DNA from: Candidatus Nomurabacteria bacterium
GTDB lineage: Bacteria > Patescibacteriota > Minisyncoccia > Phycocordibacterales > UBA9973
NCBI GenBank assembly: GCA_016699085.1
Contig: CP064958.1
Coordinates: 604,619-668,618 of the forward strand
Direction: 5' to 3'
Length of the DNA stretch: 64,000 nt
The notes under the pieces were generated by a model. The model worked only from the letters and a program-made list of their open reading frames with translations, was not told the DNA's origin and made no database searches. A program made the translations under genes and the position numbers. This document shows positions 36,280-47,730 of the stretch, one piece after another (within the stretch, counting starts at the first letter, position 1; each line of letters starts with the position of its first letter).

Positions 36280-37725
36280 ATGGAATTAGAAAAAATATTT
36301 ATTGATATCCCAATAGAAAAAATTCATGGCAGTTTTGATTGCAGTGTTTCTCATATGACGCTCGATTCTCGCGATGTGCGTGGTGATTCAATTTTCGTAG
36401 CAATCAAAGGGGACAAGAGCGATGGTCATGTATTTATTGACTTGGCGATTCAAAGTGGAGCATTAATGATTATTTGCTCAGTGATGCCAGAGAAAATCCA
36501 TGAAAATATAACCTACGTTTGCATATCAAATATTGAAAGGTTTATTGGAGTTATTGCAAGTCGGTTTTATGGACATCCATCAGAAACACTAAAAGTTATT
36601 GGTGTTACAGGAACTAATGGCAAGACGACTATTGCAACACTTCTATATAAAGCAGTGGGACATTTAGGGAAAAAAGCCGGCCTTATTTCGACAATCGAAA
36701 ATTATGTCTGTGAGAAAGTATTGCAAACAAGCAACACAACACCTGATGCCATAACAATACAGCGATTATTCCGTGAGATGATCAATGCAGGATGCGAGTA
36801 TTGTTTTATGGAAGTCAGTTCTCATGCGCTTGTGCTTGGACGTGTCAATGGCATAAAATTTCATGGTGGAATATTTACAAATCTAACACTTGATCATTTG
36901 GATTTTCATAAAACTCTTTCTAATTACTTAGAAGCCAAAAAACTATTTTTTGATATGTTGCCACAGGGTGCATTTGCACTTGTAAATAGTGATGATGAAG
37001 CAACTGCAAAATTAACTAGAGATACGAAAGCAACTATTTCGACCTATGCACTTTTAAAGGACGCTTTTTATAAAGGTGAAATTAAAGAATTAGTATTTCC
37101 TAAAATGGCATTTGAGATTAATGGACTCCAGGGTAATTTTAAGCTAGTTGGGGATTACAATGCGTATAATATTTTAGCTATATATGGCACATTACAAATA
37201 TTGGGCTTTGAGCCAAACAAAAGCATACAAATAATTGAACGACTTGATGGAGCTAGAGGTAGGTTTGAAATATTAGTATCAAAACTTGGCGCTATAGCAA
37301 TTATCGATTATGCGCATACTCCAGACGGTTTGCAAAATGTTTTAAAAACTATAAGTAATATAAATCAAAACAAGCATAGCATTATAACTGTATTTGGATG
37401 TGGAGGGGACAGGGATAGAACCAAACGGCCACTCATGACTGAGATTGCACTACGCTACAGTAATAAAGTTATAGTAACAACAGATAATTCTCGTAGTGAA
37501 AATCCAGAAAACATAATTGCTGATATGGTTGCGACTCTTGCAGAAAAGACAAATATTGAAATAATTCTAGATCGTAGTTTGGCAATTGCAACTGCGGTGA
37601 AATCATTACAATCGGGAGATATTGTGCTTATTGCAGGTAAGGGTCATGAAATGTATCAAGATATCAAGGGTCTCAAAACTCATTTTAGTGACAGAGAAGA
37701 AGTAGAAAAAATTTTTACATTTTAG
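36280..37725 (+). CDS. murE: UDP-N-acetylmuramoyl-L-alanyl-D-glutamate--2,6-diaminopimelate (or L-Lys) ligase MurE.
   Basis: Mur ligase P-loop GVTGTNGKTT, central and C-terminal Mur ligase domains; DNSRSE in place of the DNPR motif, so substrate preference is uncertain. Confidence 0.85.
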   Translation: MELEKIFIDIPIEKIHGSFDCSVSHMTLDSRDVRGDSIFVAIKGDKSDGHVFIDLAIQSGALMIICSVMPEKIHENITYVCISNIERFIGVIASRFYGHPSETLKVIGVTGTNGKTTIATLLYKAVGHLGKKAGLISTIENYVCEKVLQTSNTTPDAITIQRLFREMINAGCEYCFMEVSSHALVLGRVNGIKFHGGIFTNLTLDHLDFHKTLSNYLEAKKLFFDMLPQGAFALVNSDDEATAKLTRDTKATISTYALLKDAFYKGEIKELVFPKMAFEINGLQGNFKLVGDYNAYNILAIYGTLQILGFEPNKSIQIIERLDGARGRFEILVSKLGAIAIIDYAHTPDGLQNVLKTISNINQNKHSIITVFGCGGDRDRTKRPLMTEIALRYSNKVIVTTDNSRSENPENIIADMVATLAEKTNIEIILDRSLAIATAVKSLQSGDIVLIAGKGHEMYQDIKGLKTHFSDREEVEKIFTF

Positions 37726-39124
37726 GAAACTTTTTTTCAAAAAATATAGGCAAGGTTTGGGGTAAGTTATCAAGGCCGCCTGAAGACATTAGGACAACAA
37801 TATCATCTGCGCCAACTTTTTCATTAAGAAATTGTGTTGCTTCGGTATTCGTACGTACTCCGATGGCCTGAGGTGTATGGATATGTACACGATCAAGAAT
37901 TTCCTCAAATGAGCTTTGTTCATGGGATGCTTTGCCATGGGTTGGCGGTTCAAAAATAACTACATTGTCAGAATCTCGGAAAAGGTCATCGTACCAAGGC
38001 AGTGCAGCCTTATTTCTCCAACTAAATGTATGTGGCTCAAAAACGGTTATTATTTTTTTATTTGGAAAATGGAGTTTTAGTGCGTCAAAAACACTTCTCG
38101 CTTTTGCGTAGGATGAGCCAAAGCCATCATAAATATGCACAGTTGTTTTTTGTGACTTTAAATTAATTCTTCCCTCTAAGCCTTCGAAAGATGCAAGTGC
38201 GAATTTAATTTCATTTGGTGTAAGTAAATTTTTTTCTAACAATACAGCGCTGACACCGATGCAATTTTCGATATTGTGTTTCCCAAGTAGTTTAGTTTCT
38301 AAAGATATAATTTTTTCCTCATCGTGATAAAGATCAAAGCTTGTTATATGGTCAAAAATTAGATTTTTTGCGTACCACCCATTTTGGTTAGCCAGACTGT
38401 ATGTACTTTTGTTTGATTTGGTCTCTCTTAGTAACTGTGGAATATTGGGATGTTCGATTGCTGCGACAATGAGTCCATCACTTGGTAGGTTTTGTAAAAG
38501 TTTCTTGTATGGTTTTAAATAACTTTCTTCTGTTGGAAATATATTGAGATGGTCATGTTCGCCTGAGGTGAGTAATAGAGTGCTTGGGGTATAGTAAAGA
38601 AATTTTGAAGTAAGATCCCAATTAGCGGATGGGTATTCATCGCCTTCAATAATAAAAAGTTCACCATCACCCAAGTGAGCTGTCTCTTCAAAGCCTAAGG
38701 GCACGGCACCAATAAAATAGCTAGGGTCTTTGCCATTTTCTTTGAGACACCAGGCAAGCAACGCGGTACATGTAGATTTGCCGTAACTTCCTGCCACAAC
38801 GATAGTCTCCTTATCTTTTGCCAGCTCTCTAATAATTTCTGGAAACGATGCAATCCGAATGCCAGAATCAAATGCTGCTTTCACTTCTTCATTTTTCTCT
38901 GGTACCAATTCTGCATGTTTGCCAATAATAATGACATCAACGTCACGTGGAATATTTTCTTTTGCATAGTGTGGTGAAAAAGAAATATGCTGATTTACTA
39001 GATAACTAAATACTGGTTCGTATGTGCCACTATCTGAGCCGGTAATTTCCCAGCCTCTCTGTTTTAGCATGCTCGCAACACCACTCATGCCTTTGCCGCA
39101 TATACCAATAAAGTGTGCTTTCAT
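37715..39124 (-). CDS. murC: Mur ligase of the MurC/Mpl type (UDP-N-acetylmuramate--L-alanine ligase or murein-peptide ligase).
   Basis: N-terminus HFIGICGKGMSGVASML (MurC/Mpl Rossmann-like), P-loop GSYGKST. Confidence 0.8.
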   Translation of the reverse strand: MKAHFIGICGKGMSGVASMLKQRGWEITGSDSGTYEPVFSYLVNQHISFSPHYAKENIPRDVDVIIIGKHAELVPEKNEEVKAAFDSGIRIASFPEIIRELAKDKETIVVAGSYGKSTCTALLAWCLKENGKDPSYFIGAVPLGFEETAHLGDGELFIIEGDEYPSANWDLTSKFLYYTPSTLLLTSGEHDHLNIFPTEESYLKPYKKLLQNLPSDGLIVAAIEHPNIPQLLRETKSNKSTYSLANQNGWYAKNLIFDHITSFDLYHDEEKIISLETKLLGKHNIENCIGVSAVLLEKNLLTPNEIKFALASFEGLEGRINLKSQKTTVHIYDGFGSSYAKARSVFDALKLHFPNKKIITVFEPHTFSWRNKAALPWYDDLFRDSDNVVIFEPPTHGKASHEQSSFEEILDRVHIHTPQAIGVRTNTEATQFLNEKVGADDIVVLMSSGGLDNLPQTLPIFFEKKFPKM

Positions 39125-39141
39125 AACAAAACTATATCACA

Positions 39142-40431
39142 TTAGCCTATGAGTACTTCTTTCATTGTAAGTAGGTATTCACCAAACAAATCTGAAGATT
39201 GAGATTTATTCTCTGATCCCAATAGGATATCGATCGGGTGCAAATTTGGCTGCTTTGGAAACATGCCTGTTGTCAAGTTATCTGTTGGCACTTTTTCTGG
39301 TTTGTATTTAGTAAATAATGCAAGCTTTTGCCACTCCTCTTTGTATTTTGAAAGGTATTCTACTTGTCGAAAACTGCCGAGACATTTGAAATGATTAAGT
39401 AATGAGAGAATAGTAAAAACAAGCAGTGTGCCAGGGCATAGATCTCGCGATTCGAAAGCTTCAAGCAGGTTTTCTTTAGTTAATTTTATTACGGTTGATT
39501 TGCTTTGTATAAAACCTTTGTAGAGAATAAATGTCTCTAGTTTGGAATGCTTACTATTTGATTTACCGTAAAATAGACAAACCTTTTCTCCAAATGCTCT
39601 TATGATCTGCTCTTGGTGCTCCTCCTTTAGAAGTATTTTTGTTATTGGATGATTATCGTTTTCTAGTACCTTTTTTATATACGACATGATTACTTCATTA
39701 ATATCTACATAAACAGACGTAGTCTGTGGGAATAGACGTTTGGCAATTTTCGAATGGTTTCCCAAAACCCATGCTGAAAAAGAAGTTTCCTCATCTGGTA
39801 GTGCAAATACTGATTTTGCTGTATCGGTAAAGTATTGTGCGTAGTGGTGTGCTTTTGATGGGATAGTACTTCGATATACTAATGCGTCTTGCATAGAAGA
39901 AGGTATAAAAGATATTTTCCTGACTTCCGATACGGTTTGCGCAGATCGTGTCTCCGCTGAGATTATTTGCTCACGTTCTAAATCTTTGGGAAGCTTTACT
40001 AATGACTCAAGTTTAGTAGTAGCTCCATAATGAATGCAGCCAGGGCGAGTGAGATTCGAAAACGGTATACCAGAGAACATTGCAACAATATAGTAATCTT
40101 TTTTACCAAGTGATGAATTCGAAATCCAATCAATGCAAAACATTCGTGATGTATGAGAAATGCCTAAATGTGGTGCGGTTTGTATGACGCGTGATCGAGT
40201 AATATAGTCTCGTATGTTGGAACTTTCCTCAGTCGGATACCCTAATCTGGTGAGTTCTTCTTGGAATGCTTCATCTAGTGCTTGCTCAAGAGGTAAAATT
40301 GGTTTGTAGCTATAGAGTTCACGGCTGTAGTTTTTGATGGATAGATGCGCATGTGATTGGATAGCTTGAGCGAGGTAAGGTTTTTCTTGAGCTTCTAATA
40401 TTTCCACGAGGCTTTCAATCTCTTTTTCCAT
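39142..40431 (-). CDS. Hypothetical cytoplasmic protein (429 aa) embedded in the mur gene cluster.
   Basis: Long ORF with no recognisable motif; same strand as, and 17 nt downstream of, the murC/mpl-like gene. Confidence 0.55.
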   Translation of the reverse strand: MEKEIESLVEILEAQEKPYLAQAIQSHAHLSIKNYSRELYSYKPILPLEQALDEAFQEELTRLGYPTEESSNIRDYITRSRVIQTAPHLGISHTSRMFCIDWISNSSLGKKDYYIVAMFSGIPFSNLTRPGCIHYGATTKLESLVKLPKDLEREQIISAETRSAQTVSEVRKISFIPSSMQDALVYRSTIPSKAHHYAQYFTDTAKSVFALPDEETSFSAWVLGNHSKIAKRLFPQTTSVYVDINEVIMSYIKKVLENDNHPITKILLKEEHQEQIIRAFGEKVCLFYGKSNSKHSKLETFILYKGFIQSKSTVIKLTKENLLEAFESRDLCPGTLLVFTILSLLNHFKCLGSFRQVEYLSKYKEEWQKLALFTKYKPEKVPTDNLTTGMFPKQPNLHPIDILLGSENKSQSSDLFGEYLLTMKEVLIG

Positions 40432-40472
40432 ATAGTTAGTATAGCAAAGTATTAATTTGATATGATAAAACC

Positions 40473-41735
40473 ATGACAGATGTAGAACATATATATAAGC
40501 TCTATAAAGTGTGTCCTAAAGTTTTTACTGATTCACGAAAAGTTGAAGTAGGAGGCATTTTCTTTGCTCTCTCTGGTGAACAATTTGATGGTAACGCCTT
40601 TGCAGAAAAAGCACTTGAGCTTGGTGCCCGATCTGCAGTCATTGATAATGAAATATATAAAAAAGATGAGCGATATATCGTTGTACCCAATGTACTGCAA
40701 TCATTGCAAGAGTTGGCAAGAAAACATCGTGAGCAATTTACGATTCCAATAATTGGCATAACAGGCAGTAATGGAAAAACGACGACAAAAGAATTGTGCA
40801 GAGAAGTGTTAAGTCAAAAAGGGTATGTGCTCGCGACGGAAGGTAATTTGAATAATCATATTGGCGTACCACTGACGATCCTTACACTCACTCATGAACA
40901 TCAATACGCAATTATTGAAATGGGGGATAATAAACGCGGAGATATTAAAGAATTATGTCAAATTGCGAAACCAACTATTGGCATTATTACAAATGTAGGT
41001 AAAGATCATTTGGGTGGCTATAAAAACCAAAAGGAAAATGTCGCAACTAAGCTTGAACTCTTTGACTATCTCAAAGAGCAAAATGGTGTCGTGCTCGTCA
41101 ACAGTGAAGATGCAGACTTGATGAATGCAGCAGAACATATTGAAAAGAGTATATATACACCGAGTAACTATGAAGTAAAACTAGAAAATGCATATCTTAC
41201 GTACAAACAAAAAGACGCTTGGATACCAACAAAACTGTATGGATTATTTAATATTGCAAATATAGCTTGTGCTAAAGCGCTCGGAGATCATTTTGCTACA
41301 AATAATAAAGAGATGGATAAAGCAATAAGTAATTATGAACCGCTCCTCATGCGTTCGCAGATTGTAGAGACGAAGACAAATACGATTATTCTGGATGCTT
41401 ACAATGCGAACCCATCATCAATGGTACTTGCGCTTGATTCATTCAATATACTTGAAAGCAAAAATAAAAAAGTCGCCATTTTGGGTGATATGTTGGAACT
41501 TGGAATTGAAAGTGAGGAAGAGCATAGAAAGATTGTCGACTTGGTTGAACAGTATGGAATCGAAGCTTATTTGTATGGTCCAGAATTCTATAAAAGTAAA
41601 AATGACAAAGCACTTTTCTTTCCAAATTTTGAAACGTTATTTGACCATATTACAAATATGAAATTTTCGAATACAACAATACTTTTGAAGGCATCACGTG
41701 GAATGAAAGTAGAGAGATTGGTGCCAGTACTGTAA
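40473..41735 (+). CDS. murF: UDP-N-acetylmuramoyl-tripeptide--D-alanyl-D-alanine ligase MurF.
   Basis: P-loop GITGSNGKTTTKEL and Mur ligase architecture. Confidence 0.9.
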   Translation: MTDVEHIYKLYKVCPKVFTDSRKVEVGGIFFALSGEQFDGNAFAEKALELGARSAVIDNEIYKKDERYIVVPNVLQSLQELARKHREQFTIPIIGITGSNGKTTTKELCREVLSQKGYVLATEGNLNNHIGVPLTILTLTHEHQYAIIEMGDNKRGDIKELCQIAKPTIGIITNVGKDHLGGYKNQKENVATKLELFDYLKEQNGVVLVNSEDADLMNAAEHIEKSIYTPSNYEVKLENAYLTYKQKDAWIPTKLYGLFNIANIACAKALGDHFATNNKEMDKAISNYEPLLMRSQIVETKTNTIILDAYNANPSSMVLALDSFNILESKNKKVAILGDMLELGIESEEEHRKIVDLVEQYGIEAYLYGPEFYKSKNDKALFFPNFETLFDHITNMKFSNTTILLKASRGMKVERLVPVL

Positions 41736-41778
41736 AAAGAAATTCCCCATTCATCAGAATTGATAAAAGGGGAAAGAT

Positions 41779-42213
41779 TTATATGCACCAGGGAAATGCA
41801 CGTAGTGATTTATAATTACTGATGGTTGTGACAATAGTCCCAACACTTAGTCCTATTGGAAACCCGATATATACCGGAGTAATGGAAGAGTGTGTTAGCA
41901 ATAGTAATGCAATAAATATTTGTATTGCAACGTAGCTGTACAGCACCTGGTTAATTTTAGGTCTATAAATTTCTACGGAGAGTGCTATGTCATTATTTAT
42001 ATCCTTAATAATGGCGTTAATTGCAATCTTTAAGGCAAAGGCTGTGAGACCCGCGCCATAAATGCTGAAGCCGAGGTTGAACACTAGTGCATTATTTTCA
42101 TTTACGCTTATTAGTAGTACGATAGCAATTGCGATTGCAATAGAGTCGCCTATATTAGCCCAGATACTGGTTGGAGTAAGAAAGATGAGCTTGAATATCC
42201 GAAGTAGTTTCAT
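41779..42213 (-). CDS. Hypothetical integral membrane protein (4 TM helices).
   Basis: Hydrophobicity only. Confidence 0.45.
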   Translation of the reverse strand: MKLLRIFKLIFLTPTSIWANIGDSIAIAIAIVLLISVNENNALVFNLGFSIYGAGLTAFALKIAINAIIKDINNDIALSVEIYRPKINQVLYSYVAIQIFIALLLLTHSSITPVYIGFPIGLSVGTIVTTISNYKSLRAFPWCI

Positions 42214-42320
42214 TTGCTTTGATTTAAGTTAAAAGAATGTTGAATTTATTTAATCACATCTTAATACATTAGTCAATATTTTTTATCGTCCGGTCGAGAA
42301 TATGCTATTATCAACTCCAC

Positions 42321-43334
42321 ATGGGACTTTTTTCTAAAAAATTAGGCATTGATTTAGGGACGGCCAACACGCTCGTGTTTGTTCCAGGCAAAGGCATTGT
42401 CTTAAACGAGCCTTCAGTTGTCGCTGTTTCTGAGCTCGATAATAAGATTTTGGCTATCGGCAACGACGCCAAAGAAATGATCGGACGCACACCAGAAAGT
42501 ATTATTGCCTACCGTCCAATGAAAGATGGTGTGATTGCAGACTATAGGGTAACAGAGGCTATGTTACGTTATTTTATCTCCAAAGCTCTCGGCAAATGGA
42601 ATCTCATCAAGCCTGAAGTTATGATCTCTGTGCCTGCGGGCGTGACCTCGACTGAACGCCGTGCAGTTGTTGAGGCTGCGATCAAAGCTGGTGCCAAGAA
42701 TGCATATGTTGTCAAAGAACCGATCTTGGCAGCGATCGGAGCGGGTATACCGATCCATGAATCTCGAGGCTATATGATCGTTGATATCGGCGGAGGTACG
42801 ACAGATGTGGCAGTGATATCTCTTGGCGGTATCGTTGCGTGCACGTCGGTCAAATGTGCTGGCAATAAAATTGATCAGGCAATCGCTGATTATATTAAGA
42901 AAACATTTAGCTTGGCTATCGGAGATAAGACTGCTGAAGAAGTAAAAATCCGTATCGGGGCAGCCGTACCACTCGAAGAAGAACTTACGATGACGATCAA
43001 AGGTCGTGACTTTATCCAAGGTCTACCACGCTCAGCACAAGTGTCGACCAATGAAATCGTCAAAGCTATCGATAGTGAACTTAGGCAAATGATACGCGCC
43101 ATTAAAGATGTGCTCCAAGAAACCCCACCTGAGCTTGCCTCAGATATTATTGATCAAGGCATCATTATGACTGGTGGTTCTTCTATGCTTCGCAATCTAC
43201 CAGACCTCGTATATAGAAAAACTGGTGTCAAAGCGAGACTCGCCGAAGATGCACTGTATTGTGTCGCCAAAGGCACTGGTATCGCTATCAACCATCTCGA
43301 TACCTACAAAAAGACGATTATCTCTAAGCGTTAG
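42321..43334 (+). CDS. mreB: Rod-shape-determining actin homologue MreB.
   Basis: GIDLGTANTLVFV...IVDIGGGTTDVAVISLGG motifs. Confidence 0.95.
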   Translation: MGLFSKKLGIDLGTANTLVFVPGKGIVLNEPSVVAVSELDNKILAIGNDAKEMIGRTPESIIAYRPMKDGVIADYRVTEAMLRYFISKALGKWNLIKPEVMISVPAGVTSTERRAVVEAAIKAGAKNAYVVKEPILAAIGAGIPIHESRGYMIVDIGGGTTDVAVISLGGIVACTSVKCAGNKIDQAIADYIKKTFSLAIGDKTAEEVKIRIGAAVPLEEELTMTIKGRDFIQGLPRSAQVSTNEIVKAIDSELRQMIRAIKDVLQETPPELASDIIDQGIIMTGGSSMLRNLPDLVYRKTGVKARLAEDALYCVAKGTGIAINHLDTYKKTIISKR

Positions 43335-43337
43335 ACT

Positions 43338-44030
43338 ATGGAAGATATTTTTGCGCATCTGTCACTTGAAAAGCTACATCATGCGTACTTAGTGCCGTAT
43401 GCCCATGAAGGAACGAAGGCTGCATTATTGGAATTTCTCAAAAAAGAAAATGTTACTCTAACAGAGAATCCAGATATGTATAATGCAACATTTTCAACGT
43501 TTACTGTTGAAGATGCAAGCATACTTAAGTCTCAACAATTACTGCGAGGAATAGGGAACGGAAAAAAGTTTTTCATCATTTATTTTACTGCAATGACGAG
43601 TGAGGCTGAACATGCACTCCTGAAAGTACTTGAAGAACCAGCTCGTGATGTGCATTTTTTCTTTCTTACCCCACAGAGCGCAACGATGAAAGATACATTG
43701 CTATCTCGCATGCAAATTATCGTTGGAACATTTGCAAATGAAGAGATACGAAATGCAAAAATGTTTTTGGAATTCGCAATACAGGAGAGATTGGCATTTG
43801 TTACAAAATTCCTAAAGGCATTCGATGATGAAGAAGACACAGGGAAAGTTCGCAATGCATCGATAAAACTTTTGCAGGGTATTACATCGATACTCTATGA
43901 CACGAACCATGATCTTGTACATACTAGCCCAGCATTATTTAGAGAATTGGAAAATTGTATTGTGTACCTCCATGATCGAGGGTCATCGCCAAAGATGCTT
44001 TTGGAACACATTGCACTAATGCTACCGTAA
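43338..44030 (+). CDS. holB: DNA polymerase III delta-prime subunit-like AAA+ protein.
   Basis: HAYLV..., GKKFFII (Walker B region), LLKVLEEP, SRMQII sensor motif, the typical HolB pattern. Confidence 0.7.
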   Translation: MEDIFAHLSLEKLHHAYLVPYAHEGTKAALLEFLKKENVTLTENPDMYNATFSTFTVEDASILKSQQLLRGIGNGKKFFIIYFTAMTSEAEHALLKVLEEPARDVHFFFLTPQSATMKDTLLSRMQIIVGTFANEEIRNAKMFLEFAIQERLAFVTKFLKAFDDEEDTGKVRNASIKLLQGITSILYDTNHDLVHTSPALFRELENCIVYLHDRGSSPKMLLEHIALMLP

Positions 44031-44081
44031 GTATCCAATTGTGATTTGTGCAGATACAAGAAAAAAGCTACACTTAGATCC

Positions 44082-44621
44082 ATGGCATACAATTTCTCAT
44101 CATTTAAAGATAAGATTGCGAAAGCGGAAGAATGGCTTTTGCATGAATACGCATCACTTCATACAGGACGTGCAAGTCCAGCAATACTAGACGGTATAAC
44201 TGTCGAATCATATGGCACTATGCAGACACTAAAAAATGTTGCATCTATCGGTATTGAAGATGCCAAAACACTCAAAATCGCTCCGTGGGACAAATCACTG
44301 ATTCCTGAAATCCAAAAAGCAATCGGTGCAGCAAATATTGGCCTATCAACAGCGCCGGATGATACAGGAGTTAGAGTTATTTTCCCAATGCTGACGACTG
44401 AAACGAGAGAGCGATTGGTCAAGGTCGTCAAAGAACGACTCGAGGATGCACGTATTACGATTAGAAAAGAGCGCGAAGAAGAACAGTCAAACATGAAGGA
44501 TGCAGCAATGTCCGAAGATGAGCATTTTAGAGCTAAAGAAGAATTACAGAAGTACGTTGATGAAGCAAACAAAAAACTCGAAGGGTTGTTTGAGAAAAAG
44601 CAAACTGAAGTAATGAATTAA
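44082..44621 (+). CDS. frr: Ribosome recycling factor.
   Basis: ...LHTGRASPAILDGITVESYG...IRKEREE...; start chosen at MAYNF. The ORF is open from 44046. Confidence 0.9.
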   Translation: MAYNFSSFKDKIAKAEEWLLHEYASLHTGRASPAILDGITVESYGTMQTLKNVASIGIEDAKTLKIAPWDKSLIPEIQKAIGAANIGLSTAPDDTGVRVIFPMLTTETRERLVKVVKERLEDARITIRKEREEEQSNMKDAAMSEDEHFRAKEELQKYVDEANKKLEGLFEKKQTEVMN

Positions 44622-44623
44622 AT

Positions 44624-45721
44624 ATGTCTATACTTATTTTTATAATCGTCTTATTAGTGCTCGTTACTGTTCATGAATTTGGGCATTTTATTGTTGCCAA
44701 AAAATTTGGTATTAAAGTGGATGAATTTGGTTTCGGCTTCCCACCACGGGCAGCTGTACTCGGTAAAATCGGTGAGACGCTCTACACAGTAAACTGGATT
44801 CCATTTGGAGGCTTTGTAAAAATTTTTGGCGAGAATCCTGATACTGAATCAATGACCGGACCTGACAGTAGTAGAAGCATGGTGAATAAACCCAAACTCG
44901 TCCAGGCAGCAGTCTTGTTTGCTGGAATCTTTTTTAATATCGTTTTCGCGTGGATTCTGATTAGTGTTGGTTACATGACAGGATTGCCGACATCAGTCTC
45001 TGAGGCGCCGAAAAACGCGACTATTACAAACCAAGTATTGATGATTACAGAAATATTGCCAAATTCACCAGCACTAGCTGCAGGACTCAAATCTCAAGAT
45101 ATTATTACGAACATTTCAGCTGATGGCGATACGATAGGTATACTAACGCCAGAATCATTGCATGACTTTATTATTGCACATGGCGATAGTGACATCCTCA
45201 TCACCTATGAACGCGACAAAGTAGAAGCAACGACGAGTGCACGTCCGGTAGCTGGCATTATTGGTACTGATAAGGGTATTGGTATAGCAATGGATGCCGT
45301 TGGTATTATTCGCTTGCCATTTTTCTCTGCGATAGGTAATGGTGCCAAGACGACTGCATACTTGTTAGTAAATACGCTCAAAGGTTTCGGCATGCTCATA
45401 AGTGGGGCGTTTAATGGAACAGGGAATTTAGATCAAGTGTCTGGTCCAGTGGGTATAGTGAAAATAGTTGGTGTGGCATATAACTTCGGCTTTGCATACT
45501 TACTCTCATTCACCGCACTCATATCGATCAATCTTGCAATCATCAACCTGATGCCATTTCCGGCACTCGATGGCGGACGACTACTCTTCATCCTCATCGA
45601 ATCCATCAAAGGCTCACGTATTAATCCGAAGGTGGCAAATATTATCAATTTCGCTGGCTTCATAATATTGATAGGCCTGATGCTCCTCGTGACTGTGCAT
45701 GATGTGATAAAACTTTTCTAA
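44624..45721 (+). CDS. rseP: Site-2 protease RseP family zinc metalloprotease with PDZ domain.
   Basis: HEFGHF (HExxH) in TM1; PDZ region; LDGG motif near the C-terminus. Confidence 0.85.
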   Translation: MSILIFIIVLLVLVTVHEFGHFIVAKKFGIKVDEFGFGFPPRAAVLGKIGETLYTVNWIPFGGFVKIFGENPDTESMTGPDSSRSMVNKPKLVQAAVLFAGIFFNIVFAWILISVGYMTGLPTSVSEAPKNATITNQVLMITEILPNSPALAAGLKSQDIITNISADGDTIGILTPESLHDFIIAHGDSDILITYERDKVEATTSARPVAGIIGTDKGIGIAMDAVGIIRLPFFSAIGNGAKTTAYLLVNTLKGFGMLISGAFNGTGNLDQVSGPVGIVKIVGVAYNFGFAYLLSFTALISINLAIINLMPFPALDGGRLLFILIESIKGSRINPKVANIINFAGFIILIGLMLLVTVHDVIKLF

Positions 45722-45834
45722 ATATACAAAAAGAAAAACTAATGATATTCATTGGTTTTTCTTTTGCTTGAACAATTTTTGTTTTTCATGTATAGTATTT
45801 CTGCATTCCTTGCGGGGAATTTTTTATTTACACT

Positions 45835-47628
45835 ATGGCAACCTACAAACAAATTAGAAATATCGCTATCATTGCTCACGTTGACCACGGTAAGACGACA
45901 CTTACTGATGCGCTTTTAAAACAGCAAGGTATGACAGAAGGTGATGTAACGATGGATTCAAACGCGCTTGAACTTGAACGCGGTATTACTATATATGCAA
46001 AAAACACTTCGCTTTTCTATAAAGATACAAAAATTAATATTGTAGACACACCAGGTCATGCAGACTTTGGTTCTGAAGTTGAGCGCGTACTCCGCGCTGT
46101 TGATTGTGTGCTCCTCGTTGTTGATGCTCAAGAAGGTCCTATGCCACAGACACGATTTGTCTTGAAGAAGTCTCTCGAGCTCGGTATGAAACCTATCGTT
46201 GTCATTAATAAAATCGACAAACCTGCAGCTGATCCTAATCGTGTTCATGAGGAAGTATTAGAACTTTTCTTAGAACTCGGTGCCAATGAAGATCAACTTA
46301 ATTTTGAAACTATTTATGCGATCGGACGGCAAGGTATAGCAAAGCGAAGTCTCACTGATGAATCAAAAGATTTAACACCATTACTTGATCTTATACTAAC
46401 AGCTGTGCCAGAAGCATCTGGTAAAGAAGATGCACCGTTTACTGCACAAGTATTTAATTTAGCGTACGATAATTTTTTGGGTCGTATGGCTATTGTCCGG
46501 GTATATCAAGGTATCGTCGAAGATGGTAAAACGCTTACTGCAATCATGCCAAATGGTGAGCGTCGAGTAGGGAAAATTACCAAGCTCTTTACCTTTGAAG
46601 GTATCGCTCGTAAAGAAGTCAAAAGTGTTAGTGCCGGCGACATTGCCATGATTGCAGGTATTCCTGATATTTATATTGGCGAAACACTTTCTAATGATGC
46701 AGATATGGCTCCGATGCCTGCGATTGCGATCGATGAACCAACGATATCTCTTCGATTTCTTGTTAATGATTCACCATTTGCGGGGCGCGAAGGTAAGTTT
46801 GTTACGGGGCGTCAGATTCGAGAGCGACTTGAACGTGAGCTCGAGATAAATGTTGGGCTTCGAATTGATTTTGATACGAGTGAATACTTTTTAGTGTATG
46901 GACGTGGGGAACTTCACATTGCAGTACTTTTGGAAAATATGCGCCGAGAAGGTTATGAGCTTCAAGTGTCACAACCGCATGTCATCATTAAAGAAGAAAA
47001 CGGCGAGAAGTTGGAACCATTTGAAGAAGTGGTGATTGATGTTCCGGAAGTTTCTTCTGGTGTTGTCATTGAAAAGTTAACCAAGCGCCGTGCGCTCATG
47101 ACAGAAATGCGAGAAAAAGATGGTCGCATGCGTGTTGTTTTCGAAATGCCATCACGTGGACTTTTGGGGTATCGAGGTGAATTTGTTATTGATACAAAAG
47201 GTGAGGGTATTATTTCATCTCGCTTTGTTGGTTTCAAGCAGTATGTCGGCGAAATCAAAAAACATGAATTAGGTTCTATGACTTCTATGGTCAAAGGATT
47301 TGCGGCCGGCTACGCACTTTGGAATTTGCAAGACCGTGGTGTTTTATATATTGAACATGGCGCAGAAATATACGAAGGTATGGTTATTGGTAATGTGACC
47401 AAAGGGGAAGAAATGGTGGTAAATCCAAGCAAAGGCAAACAGTTGACCAATGTCCGTGCGTCAGGAACTGATGAAGCGATGGTGCTCAAACCGGCGTTTA
47501 TTCTTTCTATCGAGAGAGGACTTGAGACTATGGCACCAGATGAATACCTAGAAATAACACCAAAATCAGTCCGATTGCGCAAAAAATACCTTACTGAGCT
47601 CGAACGGTCAAAGAAGGGCAAGGAGTAA
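45835..47628 (+). CDS. typA: Translational GTPase TypA/BipA.
   Basis: G1 [10 protein letters not shown]3 DTPGHADF, G4 NKID; BipA-type C-terminal domain. Confidence 0.95.
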   Translation: MATYKQIRNIAIIAHVDHGKTTLTDALLKQQGMTEGDVTMDSNALELERGITIYAKNTSLFYKDTKINIVDTPGHADFGSEVERVLRAVDCVLLVVDAQEGPMPQTRFVLKKSLELGMKPIVVINKIDKPAADPNRVHEEVLELFLELGANEDQLNFETIYAIGRQGIAKRSLTDESKDLTPLLDLILTAVPEASGKEDAPFTAQVFNLAYDNFLGRMAIVRVYQGIVEDGKTLTAIMPNGERRVGKITKLFTFEGIARKEVKSVSAGDIAMIAGIPDIYIGETLSNDADMAPMPAIAIDEPTISLRFLVNDSPFAGREGKFVTGRQIRERLERELEINVGLRIDFDTSEYFLVYGRGELHIAVLLENMRREGYELQVSQPHVIIKEENGEKLEPFEEVVIDVPEVSSGVVIEKLTKRRALMTEMREKDGRMRVVFEMPSRGLLGYRGEFVIDTKGEGIISSRFVGFKQYVGEIKKHELGSMTSMVKGFAAGYALWNLQDRGVLYIEHGAEIYEGMVIGNVTKGEEMVVNPSKGKQLTNVRASGTDEAMVLKPAFILSIERGLETMAPDEYLEITPKSVRLRKKYLTELERSKKGKE

Positions 47629-47730
47629 AAAGGCTAGTTTTCCCCATTTTTGCACATGCTTGACAGGTTTTAGTATATCGAGTATAGTAAATATGACTTA
47701 GTTATTAACGTTTATATATTTATATATTTT

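Noticed and set aside
42564-43102. Minus-strand ORFs 42564..43019 and 42890..43102.
   Set aside because: They are antisense to mreB.
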